Assembly (NCBI GenBank): GCA_038065715.1
Contig: JBBTQL010000007.1
Span: forward strand, 49,643 to 113,642
Source: Patescibacteria group bacterium
GTDB taxonomy: Bacteria; Patescibacteriota; Minisyncoccia; Minisyncoccales; Staskawiczbacteraceae
Length of the DNA: 64,000 nt
Direction of reading: 5' to 3'
The position numbers and the translations under genes were made by a program. This document shows positions 9,949 to 17,560 of this stretch, in pieces. The notes beneath the pieces were generated by a model, which saw only the letters and a program-made list of their open reading frames with translations, was not told the origin of the DNA and did no database searches. Every line of letters starts with the position of its first letter. Positions within the stretch are counted from its first letter, which is position 1.

Positions 9949-11046
9949 ATGAAGGATTTAGATTTTCCATTATTTAAAACTAAAATTGACGGGCAAGCTA
10001 AAAAATTTGACCTGACTGATTTTAATTCTCGGCAAGAGTATTTTGAATACAAAGCTGGAGACGAAATAAAAAAATTGAGAGAATTTTTAAAAGACAATAC
10101 TTTTATTGCTTATTTAATGGGTAAAAAAAGCTCTGGAAAGGGAACTTATTCTAAAATGTTTGCTGAAGTTATAGATAAGGATAGAATTACCCATTTTTCT
10201 ATTGGAGATATGATAAGGTCTTTTGACGAAGTTATAAAAGACCAAGGGAAAAGAAAAGAGATTGTAGGGTTTTTAGAAAAGAATTACAGAGGCAGAATGC
10301 CTTTAGAAGATATAATGAAGTCCTGGGATAACAGGTCAACAAAAACTTTATTGCCAACAGAATTAATTTTAGCCTTGGCAAAAAGAGAAATATCAAAGCT
10401 TGGCAGAAAAGCAATTTTTATTGACGGGTTTCCCAGGGACATAGACCAGGTCTCATACTCTCTGTTTTTTAGAGACCTTATAGATTACAGAGATGACCCG
10501 GATGTTTTTATTTTAATTGATGTGCCAACCGATGTAATTGATGAAAGGGTAAAGTTTAGGGTAATTTGCCCCTTATGCAACACATCAAGAAACTTAAAGC
10601 TTTTGGCAACAAAAACAGTTGAATACGACAAAGATGCCAAAAAGTTTTATTTAATTTGCGATAATTCAAGTTGTCTCGCTTCGCGAGATCTGGCAAAGCC
10701 AGACAAAGGAGCAAGAATGGTTACAAAAGAGGGTGATGAACAAGGTATTGAGCCAATAAGAGAAAGATTAAATAAAGACGAAATGCTTGTAAAAGAAGCA
10801 TATAATTTAAAGGGAATTCCTAAGGTGCTTTTAAGAAATTCAATTCCGGCTAACCAGACAAAAGATTTTGCTGACGATTATGAAGTTACGCCAGAATATG
10901 TATATACTCTTGAAGCAGATAATGTAAAAACAACAGAAAAGCCGTGGGAGGTTAAAGATGACGAAGGCGTTTTATCAAACAGTTTAATGCCGCCTCCAGT
11001 TGTTGTTTCTTTAATAAAACAACTGGTAAAAACCCTTGACCTATAA
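9949..11046 (+). CDS. Long adenylate-kinase-family (NMP kinase) paralog with Cys4 lid
   Basis: P-loop GKKSSGKGT. IDGFPR (adk LDGFPR-like). Lid CPLC...C..SSC. 365 aa. A canonical adk is also present at 29626. Confidence 0.6.
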   Translation: MKDLDFPLFKTKIDGQAKKFDLTDFNSRQEYFEYKAGDEIKKLREFLKDNTFIAYLMGKKSSGKGTYSKMFAEVIDKDRITHFSIGDMIRSFDEVIKDQGKRKEIVGFLEKNYRGRMPLEDIMKSWDNRSTKTLLPTELILALAKREISKLGRKAIFIDGFPRDIDQVSYSLFFRDLIDYRDDPDVFILIDVPTDVIDERVKFRVICPLCNTSRNLKLLATKTVEYDKDAKKFYLICDNSSCLASRDLAKPDKGARMVTKEGDEQGIEPIRERLNKDEMLVKEAYNLKGIPKVLLRNSIPANQTKDFADDYEVTPEYVYTLEADNVKTTEKPWEVKDDEGVLSNSLMPPPVVVSLIKQLVKTLDL

Positions 11047-11055
11047 ATTTAAAGA

Positions 11056-11124
11056 GTTAACCCTTCACCTTTTGATATTTCAATTTTTAATATCGCGTAT
11101 TGACATACAAAGGTGAAGGGTTAA
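11056..11124. repeat. Inverted repeat GTTAACCCTTCACCTTTT / AAAGGTGAAGGGTTAA enclosing a -35 box
   Basis: 16-nt arms read directly. Related CTTCACCTTTT/AAAAGGTGAAG hairpin at 12760-12784. Confidence 0.7.
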
Positions 11125-11133
11125 TATGAAAGT

Positions 11134-11297
11134 AGCTCTGATGTTTTCAAAATAGATTCTATACAAACTTTTTTATGGGAGCTCAAATTTGTTAAGACCG
11201 TGGTCTTAATATGCGGGCACCCACTTAGATTTTACTAGAAATCTATGAAAAGGTCAGAGCATTAAAAAGACACTCAAAAAAATTGAGTGTTTTTTTA
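11134..11297 (+). ncRNA. Candidate structured sRNA (closing stem, central bubble, apical hairpin; 6S-like shape) with its own promoter and terminator
   Basis: TTGACA(11100-11105)-16 nt-TAATAT(11122-11127). 5' GCTCTGA..TTTTC..ATAGATTCT pairs with 3' AGAAATCTAT..GAAAA..TCAGAGC. Inner helix TGGGAGC/GCACCCA. Apical TTAAGACC-GT-GGTCTTAA. Terminator ACACTCAA-AAAAA-TTGAGTGTTTTTTT. Confidence 0.45.
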
Positions 11298-11374
11298 ATT
11301 TTTGCCTTTACACTGTATTTATAAAACTATATAATTAATTCAGTAAATATCATTAATTTAATAAAATTATAATA

Positions 11375-11749
11375 ATGCCAAAAAATATTTTAATTGTTGA
11401 AGATGACGAATTTTTAAGGGGGCTGATAAGCAAAAAGCTGTTGGCCGAAGATTTTAAAATTTCTGTGGCAGTTGACGGAGGAGAGGCAGTCAAAAAAATA
11501 AAAGAGGAAAAGCCTGATTTAATATTATTAGACCTTATTCTGCCCGTGATGAATGGTTTTGAGGTTTTATCAAAAATAAAAAAAGACTCCAGCATAAATT
11601 CAATTCCGGTAGTTATTTTATCAAATCTCGGTGAAAAAGAAGATATTGATAAAGGATTAGAATTGGGAGCCATAGATTATTTTGTTAAAGCCCAGCTTAC
11701 TCCAGAAGAAATTGTTGTAAAAGTAAAAAATATTTTTGAAGAAAAATAA
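11375..11749 (+). CDS. Stand-alone response-regulator receiver domain (CheY-like)
   Basis: ILIVEDDEF...DLILLDLILPVMNGFEV...K. 124 aa, no output domain. Confidence 0.85.
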   Translation: MPKNILIVEDDEFLRGLISKKLLAEDFKISVAVDGGEAVKKIKEEKPDLILLDLILPVMNGFEVLSKIKKDSSINSIPVVILSNLGEKEDIDKGLELGAIDYFVKAQLTPEEIVVKVKNIFEEK

Positions 11750-11773
11750 TTTGTAACTAATGCGCAATACAAA

Positions 11774-11800
11774 CAAAAAACGCCCTCTGGCGTTTTTTTT
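11774..11800. terminator. Bidirectional terminator between convergent genes
   Basis: AAAAAACGCC-CTCT-GGCGTTTTTTTT. Confidence 0.6.
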
Positions 11801-11812
11801 GTTTTGCTTGCG

Positions 11813-12019
11813 TTAAATTTTCGCTGTTCTTTTTATGCATTTAGCGCAGGCTAAAACTCGTTTACCAGATGACAAACCTGCCTGCGCAGGCAGGCGCGTC
11901 CATTGTAAATTTGGGTGCTTTCTTACCTTTTGAGTAGGATTATATTTACCTCTTAATTTAACAAGAGTCCATCCCATGCTTGATTTTTTTCCGCAGATCG
12001 TGCAAATTTTTTCAGCCAT
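11813..12019 (-). CDS. rpmB: Ribosomal protein bL28
   Basis: MAEKICTICGKK...NPTQKVRKHPNLQ...RVLACAKCIKR. Carries an in-frame 18-nt perfect GC palindrome (11877-11894). Confidence 0.85.
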   Translation of the reverse strand: MAEKICTICGKKSSMGWTLVKLRGKYNPTQKVRKHPNLQWTRLPAQAGLSSGKRVLACAKCIKRTAKI

Positions 12020-12094
12020 AATTATAATTTAAAATTTAATAATTCTATATTACACTAACTTTCTTTTTTTTGCAACATCTGGTAATATAAAATA

Positions 12095-12751
12095 ATGGAT
12101 TTAATTATTGCTATATTTTCTTTAATAGTTCTGCTTTTTTCAGTTATTATTCATGAGTTAGCTCACGGATATGTTGCTTATTCGCTGGGAGATCCTACTG
12201 CAAAATATGAAGGCAGGCTTACTCTAAATCCTTTAAAGCATTTAGATTTTTTTGGTTCCATTATATTGCCTCTGCTTTTATTTATTAGCCAAAGCCCTAT
12301 TTTGGTAGGCTGGGCAAAACCAGTGCCGGTTAATCCATATAATTTTAAAGACCAAAAATGGGGAACATTAAAAGTTTCAATTGCCGGCCCGGCAACAAAT
12401 TTTTTAATTGCTATAATTTTTAGCATTTTTGTAAGGCTTTTAAATGCGCAGCAACAATTATTTTTTATTTCTCCCCAGCAAGCAGCATTTTTTACAGAGC
12501 TGCTGGGCATTGTGGCAATTTATAATTTTTTATGGGGATTGTTTAATTTGGTTCCCATACCTCCACTTGACGGTTCGTGGATACTTTTTAGATTTTTACC
12601 GCAAAGATTTGAAAAATTTAAAATGTTTATACAGCAGTACGGGCTTTTCATTTTGATTTTTTTTATTTTTTTTGGCGGGTTAAGCGGATTAAGTTTTATA
12701 GCCCAGCTTTTTTACTCTTTAATCGTGGGTACGCCCTTAGGTTTGCTTTAA
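12095..12751 (+). CDS. Site-2 protease family (M50) membrane metalloprotease
   Basis: HELAHG zinc motif, multiple TM helices, NLVPIPPLDG. Confidence 0.8.
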   Translation: MDLIIAIFSLIVLLFSVIIHELAHGYVAYSLGDPTAKYEGRLTLNPLKHLDFFGSIILPLLLFISQSPILVGWAKPVPVNPYNFKDQKWGTLKVSIAGPATNFLIAIIFSIFVRLLNAQQQLFFISPQQAAFFTELLGIVAIYNFLWGLFNLVPIPPLDGSWILFRFLPQRFEKFKMFIQQYGLFILIFFIFFGGLSGLSFIAQLFYSLIVGTPLGLL

Positions 12752-12759
12752 ATATTGAC

Positions 12760-12784
12760 TCTTCACCTTTTGAAAAGGTGAAGA
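12760..12784 (+). terminator. Perfect 12-bp hairpin TCTTCACCTTTT/AAAAGGTGAAGA flanked by TTGAC direct repeats
   Basis: Read directly. Follows the M50 gene. The 3' flank supplies the -35 box of the rpsL promoter. Confidence 0.5.
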
Positions 12785-12785
12785 G

Positions 12786-12814
12786 TTGACTTCAATAAAG
12801 TTATCTGCTAATAT
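12786..12814 (+). promoter_or_regulatory. Sigma70-like promoter for the str operon
   Basis: TTGACT(12786-12791)-17 nt-TAATAT(12809-12814). Confidence 0.5.
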
Positions 12815-12848
12815 ATATTTAATTAAGCGCTATGCGCTTTTATATTTT

Positions 12849-13259
12849 ATGCCGACAATTCATCAATTAATAAAAAAACCTAGAAAAAATAAAAAAAAGG
12901 CAAAGAAAGGAGTTGCTCTGCAGTTTGGTTTTAATGTTTTAAAAAACAGGCCATCGCATTATTCTTCTCCTTTTAAAAGGGGAGTTTGCGTTAAGGTTTT
13001 TACACAAACGCCCAAAAAGCCAAACTCAGCTTTAAGAAAAGTTGCCAGAGTAAAATTGTCTAATGGAATGGAGGTTACAGCTTATATTCCTGGAGAAGGC
13101 CACAATTTACAAGAGCACTCTGTGGTTATGATAAGAGGAGGCAGGGTTAAAGATTTGCCAGGAGTAAGGTATCATATTGTAAGGGGAGTTTTAGATACGG
13201 CTGGAGTTGAAAACAGAAAACAGGAAAGAAGCAAATACGGAACTAAAAAAGCAAAATAA
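12849..13259 (+). CDS. rpsL: Ribosomal protein uS12
   Basis: [13 protein letters not shown]...[15 protein letters not shown]...[10 protein letters not shown]. Start trimmed from the track ORF to the conserved MPTI. Confidence 0.95.
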   Translation: MPTIHQLIKKPRKNKKKAKKGVALQFGFNVLKNRPSHYSSPFKRGVCVKVFTQTPKKPNSALRKVARVKLSNGMEVTAYIPGEGHNLQEHSVVMIRGGRVKDLPGVRYHIVRGVLDTAGVENRKQERSKYGTKKAK

Positions 13260-13260
13260 C

Positions 13261-13725
13261 ATGCGAAGAGCTTACAAAAAACACAAAGTAGCTCCAGATT
13301 CGGTTTATAACGACGTGGCAATTGCCCAGTTTATAAACAAGGTAATGAAAGACGGCAAAAAAACAACCGCGCAAAAAATTGTGTACGGAGCTTTTGATAT
13401 TATAAAAGAAAAAACAAAAAAAGAGCCTGCTGAAGTTTTCAGGCAGGCAATTGAAAATGCTTCGCCTATTTTAGAAGTAAAGCCAAAAAGAATTGGAGGA
13501 GCAACTTATCAAGTTCCAATGGAAGTAAGAGGGGAGAGAAGGCTGGCTTTGTCAACAAAATGGATATTAGACGGCGCAAGGGGAAAAAAGGGAAAAGCAA
13601 TGGCAGAAAAGTTGGCGCAAGAATTAATTGACGCATCAAACAACGAAGGCATTGCAATTAAAAAGAAAAACGACACCCACCGCATGGCCGACGCCAACAA
13701 AGCTTTTGCTCATTTCGCTAGGTAA
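13261..13725 (+). CDS. rpsG: Ribosomal protein uS7
   Basis: MRRAYKK...[11 protein letters not shown]...[13 protein letters not shown]...[10 protein letters not shown]. Confidence 0.95.
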   Translation: MRRAYKKHKVAPDSVYNDVAIAQFINKVMKDGKKTTAQKIVYGAFDIIKEKTKKEPAEVFRQAIENASPILEVKPKRIGGATYQVPMEVRGERRLALSTKWILDGARGKKGKAMAEKLAQELIDASNNEGIAIKKKNDTHRMADANKAFAHFAR

Positions 13726-13778
13726 AAAAAACACGCGAATTCCCGGTATCCGCGCGTATCTGATCATTTTGCCAGGTA

Positions 13779-13794
13779 ACGTGAGTACTCACGT
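13779..13794. repeat. Perfect 16-bp palindrome ACGTGAGTACTCACGT flanked by GGTAACGT direct repeats
   Basis: Palindrome at 13779-13794. GGTAACGT at 13775-13782 and 13799-13806. Confidence 0.5.
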
Positions 13795-13809
13795 GAGGGG
13801 TAACGTAAC

Positions 13810-13953
13810 AAAAAATCCGTCCTGAGCAAAGTCGAAGGACAGATTCTTTGACGCGGAGGCCGGTGGAGTCGAACCACATTCTAAATAAATAGAACCAATT
13901 GTTTATCAGGCAAAGACCAGAACCGTCTGGTTTCAACCTCCCATAACCTCCGC
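13810..13953 (-). ncRNA. tRNA-like sRNA (acceptor-like helix + T-arm + D-arm-like hairpin, no anticodon arm) with terminator
   Basis: Extended -10 TGcTATAAT (13965-13960) puts +1 at G13953. 9-bp helix GCGGAGGTT(13953-13945)/GGCCTCCGC(13861-13853). T-arm GTGG-TTCGACT-CCAC (13877-13863). TGG-GAGGTTGAAA-CCA hairpin. Terminator GTCCT...AGGAC plus T-run (13840-13810). Confidence 0.55.
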
Positions 13954-13969
13954 AACTAAATTATAGCAC

Positions 13970-14047
13970 AAAAAAAACAGCACTTCCAAAATTGAAAATG
14001 CTGTTTCCGGTTCCATTCTTATAGAATGTGACACTGCCTGATAAACT
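13970..14047 (-). ncRNA. Short sRNA whose 5' end is complementary to the tRNA-like sRNA
   Basis: Lies downstream of the promoter at 14054-14081. The 5' GTTTATCAGGCA (14046-14035) is the exact complement of TGCCTGATAAAC (13912-13901). Ends in hairpin ACAGCA...TGCTGT plus T8. Confidence 0.45.
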
Positions 14048-14053
14048 AACTTA

Positions 14054-14081
14054 ATTATAGCAGAACCAAGCACCCTGTCAA
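14054..14081 (-). promoter_or_regulatory. Near-consensus sigma70 promoter (minus strand)
   Basis: TTGACA(14081-14076)-16 nt-TGcTATAAT(14059-14054). Confidence 0.55.
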
Positions 14082-14169
14082 GAGTAAAAAAAGACCCCGA
14101 GAGATGACTCGAGGTTTGCCCCAGCAATCGCCAGGTCTGGCGCCAAAACGCCTTTTCGCGTTTTGGGGG

Positions 14170-14400
14170 TCAGAGTTTTTTGCCACAACATGGGCAAAAC
14201 TCTGCATCTAATTCATACTTTATGAGCTCGTGCTTACAACCAAACGCTAAATCTGCGAGCTCTTGTTCTTGAAGCTCATTAATGGTTGGTGGAAGCGGTA
14301 AGACCTTCCCGCAATAACAACAATAACGAAAATGTATAGCAACCAGACAACCACAATCCGGACAGTTATATAAACCACGGTCATCGGGTATTATACCCAT
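14170..14400 (-). CDS. Small double zinc-ribbon protein
   Basis: CPDCGC...CCYCG and C...CPCCG pairs. AAGGAG SD 8 nt upstream. G+C-richer than the flanks. Three consecutive hairpins in the 3' region (14100-14168). Confidence 0.6.
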   Translation of the reverse strand: MGIIPDDRGLYNCPDCGCLVAIHFRYCCYCGKVLPLPPTINELQEQELADLAFGCKHELIKYELDAEFCPCCGKKL

Positions 14401-14549
14401 AGTTTTTTCTCCTTGTAAGGTGCAGAATAAATAATATTACAAGATAAATAAGTTATTGTCAAGTTATCATGATAACCGAAAAAATTTAGAAATTTAGTCA
14501 TTTAAAAATTATTTAAAAATTTAAAATTAAAAATTGAAAATTATAGTTT

Positions 14550-16625
14550 ATGGCGCGTAAATATCCACTTAATAAATTAAGAAACATAGGAATAATTGCT
14601 CATATTGATGCTGGCAAAACCACTTTTTCAGAGAGGTTGCTTTTTTATACCGGAGTTTCGCATAAAATTGGCGAAGTGCACGAGGGAGACACTGTTATGG
14701 ATTGGATGGTGCAGGAAAGAGAAAGGGGAATTACAATCACTTCAGCTGCCACAACAATGTATTGGAGAGACCACCAGATAAACTTGATTGACACTCCGGG
14801 CCACATCGATTTTACAGCAGAAGTGCAGAGGTCTTTGAGGGTTTTAGATGGAGCAGTTGTTGTTTTTGACGGAGTTGCCGGAGTTGAGCCGCAAAGCGAA
14901 ACAGTTTGGAGGCAAGCAGATAAATACGCGGTCCCAAGAGTTTGCTTTGTCAACAAATTAGACAGAATGGGGGCTTCTTTTGAAAAAAGTTTTCAGTCAA
15001 TTTTAAATAAATTAACCAAAAATGCGGTTGCGGTAAGCTTTCCAATGGGACTTGAAGAAAAATTAGAAGGAGTTGTTGATTTAATAAAAATGAAAGCGTT
15101 ATATTTTGAGGGAGAAAAAGGCATTGAAGTTGTTGAAAAAGATATTCCCGCAGAATGGAAGGCCGAGGCTGAAACATGGCACAAAAAAATGATTGAAAAG
15201 GTTGCTGGAGAGGACGACGCTTTAACGGGAAAGTTTTTAGAAGGAAGGGAAATAACAGCCGAAGAAATTAAAGCAGTTTTAAGAAAATCAGTTTTAAATT
15301 ATAAATTAGTGCCGGTTTTTTGCGGTTCTGCCTTAAAAAATAAAGGAGTGCAAACTATTTTAGACGCTATTGTTGAATTATTGCCTTCTCCTTTAGATGT
15401 GGTTTCCCAAAAAGGAACCGATCCAAAAACGGGGGCTGTAATTGAAAGAAAGGCAGATGACAACGAGCCATTTGCGGCTTTAGTTTTTAAGATTGCCACA
15501 GACCCTTATGTGGGAACTTTAACATATTTTAGGGTTTATTCTGGAGTTTTGAATAAGGGTTCGTATGTTTTAAATGCCAACACAGGAGAGCAAGAAAGAA
15601 TTGCCAGAATTTTAAGAATGCACGCAGACGAAAGACAGGAATTAGATGTTATATATGCTGGCGAAATTGGAGCCACAGTTGGATTAAAAGGAACAAGCAC
15701 AGGGCACACGTTATGCGCCAAAGAATCGCCGGTTATTTTAGAAAAAATTGTTTTTCCTGAGCCTGTTATTGGAATTAGAGTTGAGCCGAAAACAAAAGCT
15801 GACCAGGAAAAACTTATTATGTCTATCAGAAAATTAACCGAAGAAGATCCGACTTTTAGAATTAAAGAAGATATTGAAACAGGAGAAACAATTATTTCGG
15901 GCATGGGAGAATTGCATTTAGATATTATTGCAGACCGTTTAAAAAGAGAGTTTAAAGTTGAGGCAAATTACGGCAGGCCTCAAGTGGCTTATAAAGAAAC
16001 AATAACAGCTGAAGCTGAAGCTGAAGAAAAATATGTAAGGCAGTCTGGAGGAAAAGGCCAATATGGACACGTGCTATTAAGAGTAAAACCAAAAGAAAGG
16101 GGAGCGGGCTTTGAATTTATTGACGAAATAAAAGGAGGCGCAATTCCAAAAGAATTTATTAAGCCAGTTGAAAAAGGAGTTGTGGAGGCAATGGATAAAG
16201 GAATTGTTGCAGGATATCCAATGGTTGATGTTGAGGTTATATTATTTGACGGAAGCTACCATGATGTTGACTCTTCTGAATTTGCTTTTAAAATTGCAGG
16301 CTCAATGGCTTTTCAAAAAGCCGCAAAATCAGCAAAACCAGTTATTTTAGAGCCAGTAATGAAAATAGAAGTTGTCACTCCGGAGGATTTTTTTGGGCAG
16401 GTTATTTCTGATTTAAATTCAAGAAGAGGGCAAATTAAAGAAACATCAGAAAGAGCTGGAATGAAAGTTATAGACGCGATAGTTCCATTATCAGAAACAT
16501 TTGGATATGCAACGTCTTTGAGGTCATTAACAGAAGGCCGCGCCTCATTTACTATGGAATTTAATAGTTACGAACAAGTCCCAAGTAATATTGCTCAAGA
16601 AATTGTTGACGGAAAAAGGCAGTAA
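14550..16625 (+). CDS. fusA: Elongation factor G
   Basis: [18 protein letters not shown] GTPase motifs. 691 aa. Position after rpsG. Confidence 0.97.
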   Translation: MARKYPLNKLRNIGIIAHIDAGKTTFSERLLFYTGVSHKIGEVHEGDTVMDWMVQERERGITITSAATTMYWRDHQINLIDTPGHIDFTAEVQRSLRVLDGAVVVFDGVAGVEPQSETVWRQADKYAVPRVCFVNKLDRMGASFEKSFQSILNKLTKNAVAVSFPMGLEEKLEGVVDLIKMKALYFEGEKGIEVVEKDIPAEWKAEAETWHKKMIEKVAGEDDALTGKFLEGREITAEEIKAVLRKSVLNYKLVPVFCGSALKNKGVQTILDAIVELLPSPLDVVSQKGTDPKTGAVIERKADDNEPFAALVFKIATDPYVGTLTYFRVYSGVLNKGSYVLNANTGEQERIARILRMHADERQELDVIYAGEIGATVGLKGTSTGHTLCAKESPVILEKIVFPEPVIGIRVEPKTKADQEKLIMSIRKLTEEDPTFRIKEDIETGETIISGMGELHLDIIADRLKREFKVEANYGRPQVAYKETITAEAEAEEKYVRQSGGKGQYGHVLLRVKPKERGAGFEFIDEIKGGAIPKEFIKPVEKGVVEAMDKGIVAGYPMVDVEVILFDGSYHDVDSSEFAFKIAGSMAFQKAAKSAKPVILEPVMKIEVVTPEDFFGQVISDLNSRRGQIKETSERAGMKVIDAIVPLSETFGYATSLRSLTEGRASFTMEFNSYEQVPSNIAQEIVDGKRQ

Positions 16626-16701
16626 TCAATTACATAATTAAATATTAAAAAAAGCCCCGGGATCAGAAATTGCTATCTCGGGGTTTGTGTTTTAGCCAGC
16701 G

Positions 16702-17007
16702 CTAATGAACTTGGTCTAATATATCTTTTTCATTATCGCTGACAGTGGGCGGTTTATGAGTTCCCACTTCATACCTATGATGTGGCAACGGTGAAACAGC
16801 CTGTTCTTTTGCGCATTCGGGTTGCTCATCGGCAAGCGGTCCTGCCTGTGCAGGCAAGTCGGGAATTTCCCGCTTAAAGATTAGGACAATTTCGGTCCTA
16901 AATCCACTTAATTTCCAACCGCTTTTTTTCTCTTTATCGACTATCTGTTGGCGTATTTCCGCTGATATGTCGCTGGGCAGACGTAATTCTTTGGTTTCTG
17001 TTTTCAT
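16702..17007 (-). CDS. Hypothetical protein (G+C-rich, SD-led, antisense to the operon)
   Basis: 101-aa ORF. AAAGGAAAAA upstream of ATG. Contains a TGCCTG-TG-CAGGCA hairpin (16843-16856) encoding PAQAG. Confidence 0.5.
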   Translation of the reverse strand: MKTETKELRLPSDISAEIRQQIVDKEKKSGWKLSGFRTEIVLIFKREIPDLPAQAGPLADEQPECAKEQAVSPLPHHRYEVGTHKPPTVSDNEKDILDQVH

Positions 17008-17055
17008 GGCGTTTTTCCTTTCGAGGTAAATCAGCGGAGAACGGGTCTCCGCGAG

Positions 17056-17331
17056 TTAGTAGCGCCGATTCTCTTTGTCAAAACGAGCTCGCGTTTTTTT
17101 CAAATCTGCCTCTGTTATACCATCTATACGTCCGTCTTCATCGTATTCTGGCCTTTCCCTTTTCTTTCTGAAAAAGATTGTTTCAACCAAAATGAAAACA
17201 GAGAAACAAATCACCGAAATGCAAAAAAATACAGCTGGTTTTAGATAGTTTGGACAGGGTATGTATATTACCCCTGTAAACGCAAGCACAAACGCAAAAA
17301 CCGAAAGCAGTGCTCTGAGTGAAGTTGACAC
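17056..17331 (-). CDS. Hypothetical two-TM membrane protein (GTG start)
   Basis: 91-aa ORF. AGGAAAGGAA upstream of GTG. Two hydrophobic helices, then a charged tail. Confidence 0.5.
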   Translation of the reverse strand: MSTSLRALLSVFAFVLAFTGVIYIPCPNYLKPAVFFCISVICFSVFILVETIFFRKKRERPEYDEDGRIDGITEADLKKTRARFDKENRRY

Positions 17332-17560
17332 GGCAAGTTCCTTTCCTAAAAGATTGTCAAAGAACAGTAAATATAGTATAATTAAACTGTTAATAAAGTC
17401 AATGTCTCTTATAAGCTATTGACTATTTTAAATATATATAATAAGATAATAAATACACTAAAATTTACAATTTGAAATTTTCAATTTGAAATCAATTTGA
17501 AATATTTAAATATTAAAATATTGAATTCAAATTTCGAATTTCAAATTTCAAATTAGAACT

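Noticed and set aside
11134-11260. SRP (4.5S) RNA
   Set aside because: It is a long hairpin of about the right size. However, the apical loop is CGUG/GU rather than GNRA, and the conserved domain IV motifs (…GGAA…AGCA…) are absent.
12786-13260. N-terminally extended starts given in the ORF track for rpsL, rpsG, rplC, rplD, rpsQ, rplR, infA, rpsM, rpsD, rpsI, lexA, the C5-MTase and the esterase
   Set aside because: The extensions begin at non-ATG or upstream in-frame codons that overlap promoters, leaders or the preceding gene, and they add residues absent from the conserved family N-termini. Starts were moved to the conserved ATG.
13853-13953. A genuine (long-variable-arm or Sec) tRNA gene
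   Set aside because: I scanned every 5-7-5 register between the D-like hairpin and the T-arm and found no anticodon stem. The CTGATAA loop look-alike has non-complementary flanks (TTTGC / ACAAT). There is no TCA anticodon for tRNA-Sec. Three extra nucleotides sit between a 4-bp T-stem and a 7-bp acceptor.
13628-14127. Track ORFs 13628-13825 (+), 13718-13936 (-) and 13933-14127 (-) as protein-coding genes
   Set aside because: They run through promoters, terminator hairpins and the tRNA-like helix. They have no SD or conserved motifs, and their sequence is better explained by the RNA elements.
13810-14130. Canonical tmRNA (ssrA) between rpsG and fusA, suggested by the T-arm GGTTCGACTCC plus an acceptor-like helix
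   Set aside because: No G3:U70 pair exists in any register of the acceptor-like helix (the third pair is A:U or G:C). I found no tag reading frame ending in a hydrophobic tail plus stop, and no pseudoknot series. The 5' and 3' strands are only about 100 nt apart, with an internal promoter and terminator pattern. The order of elements does not fit a permuted two-piece tmRNA. It is retained only as a tRNA-like sRNA, and a covariance-model scan is still needed.
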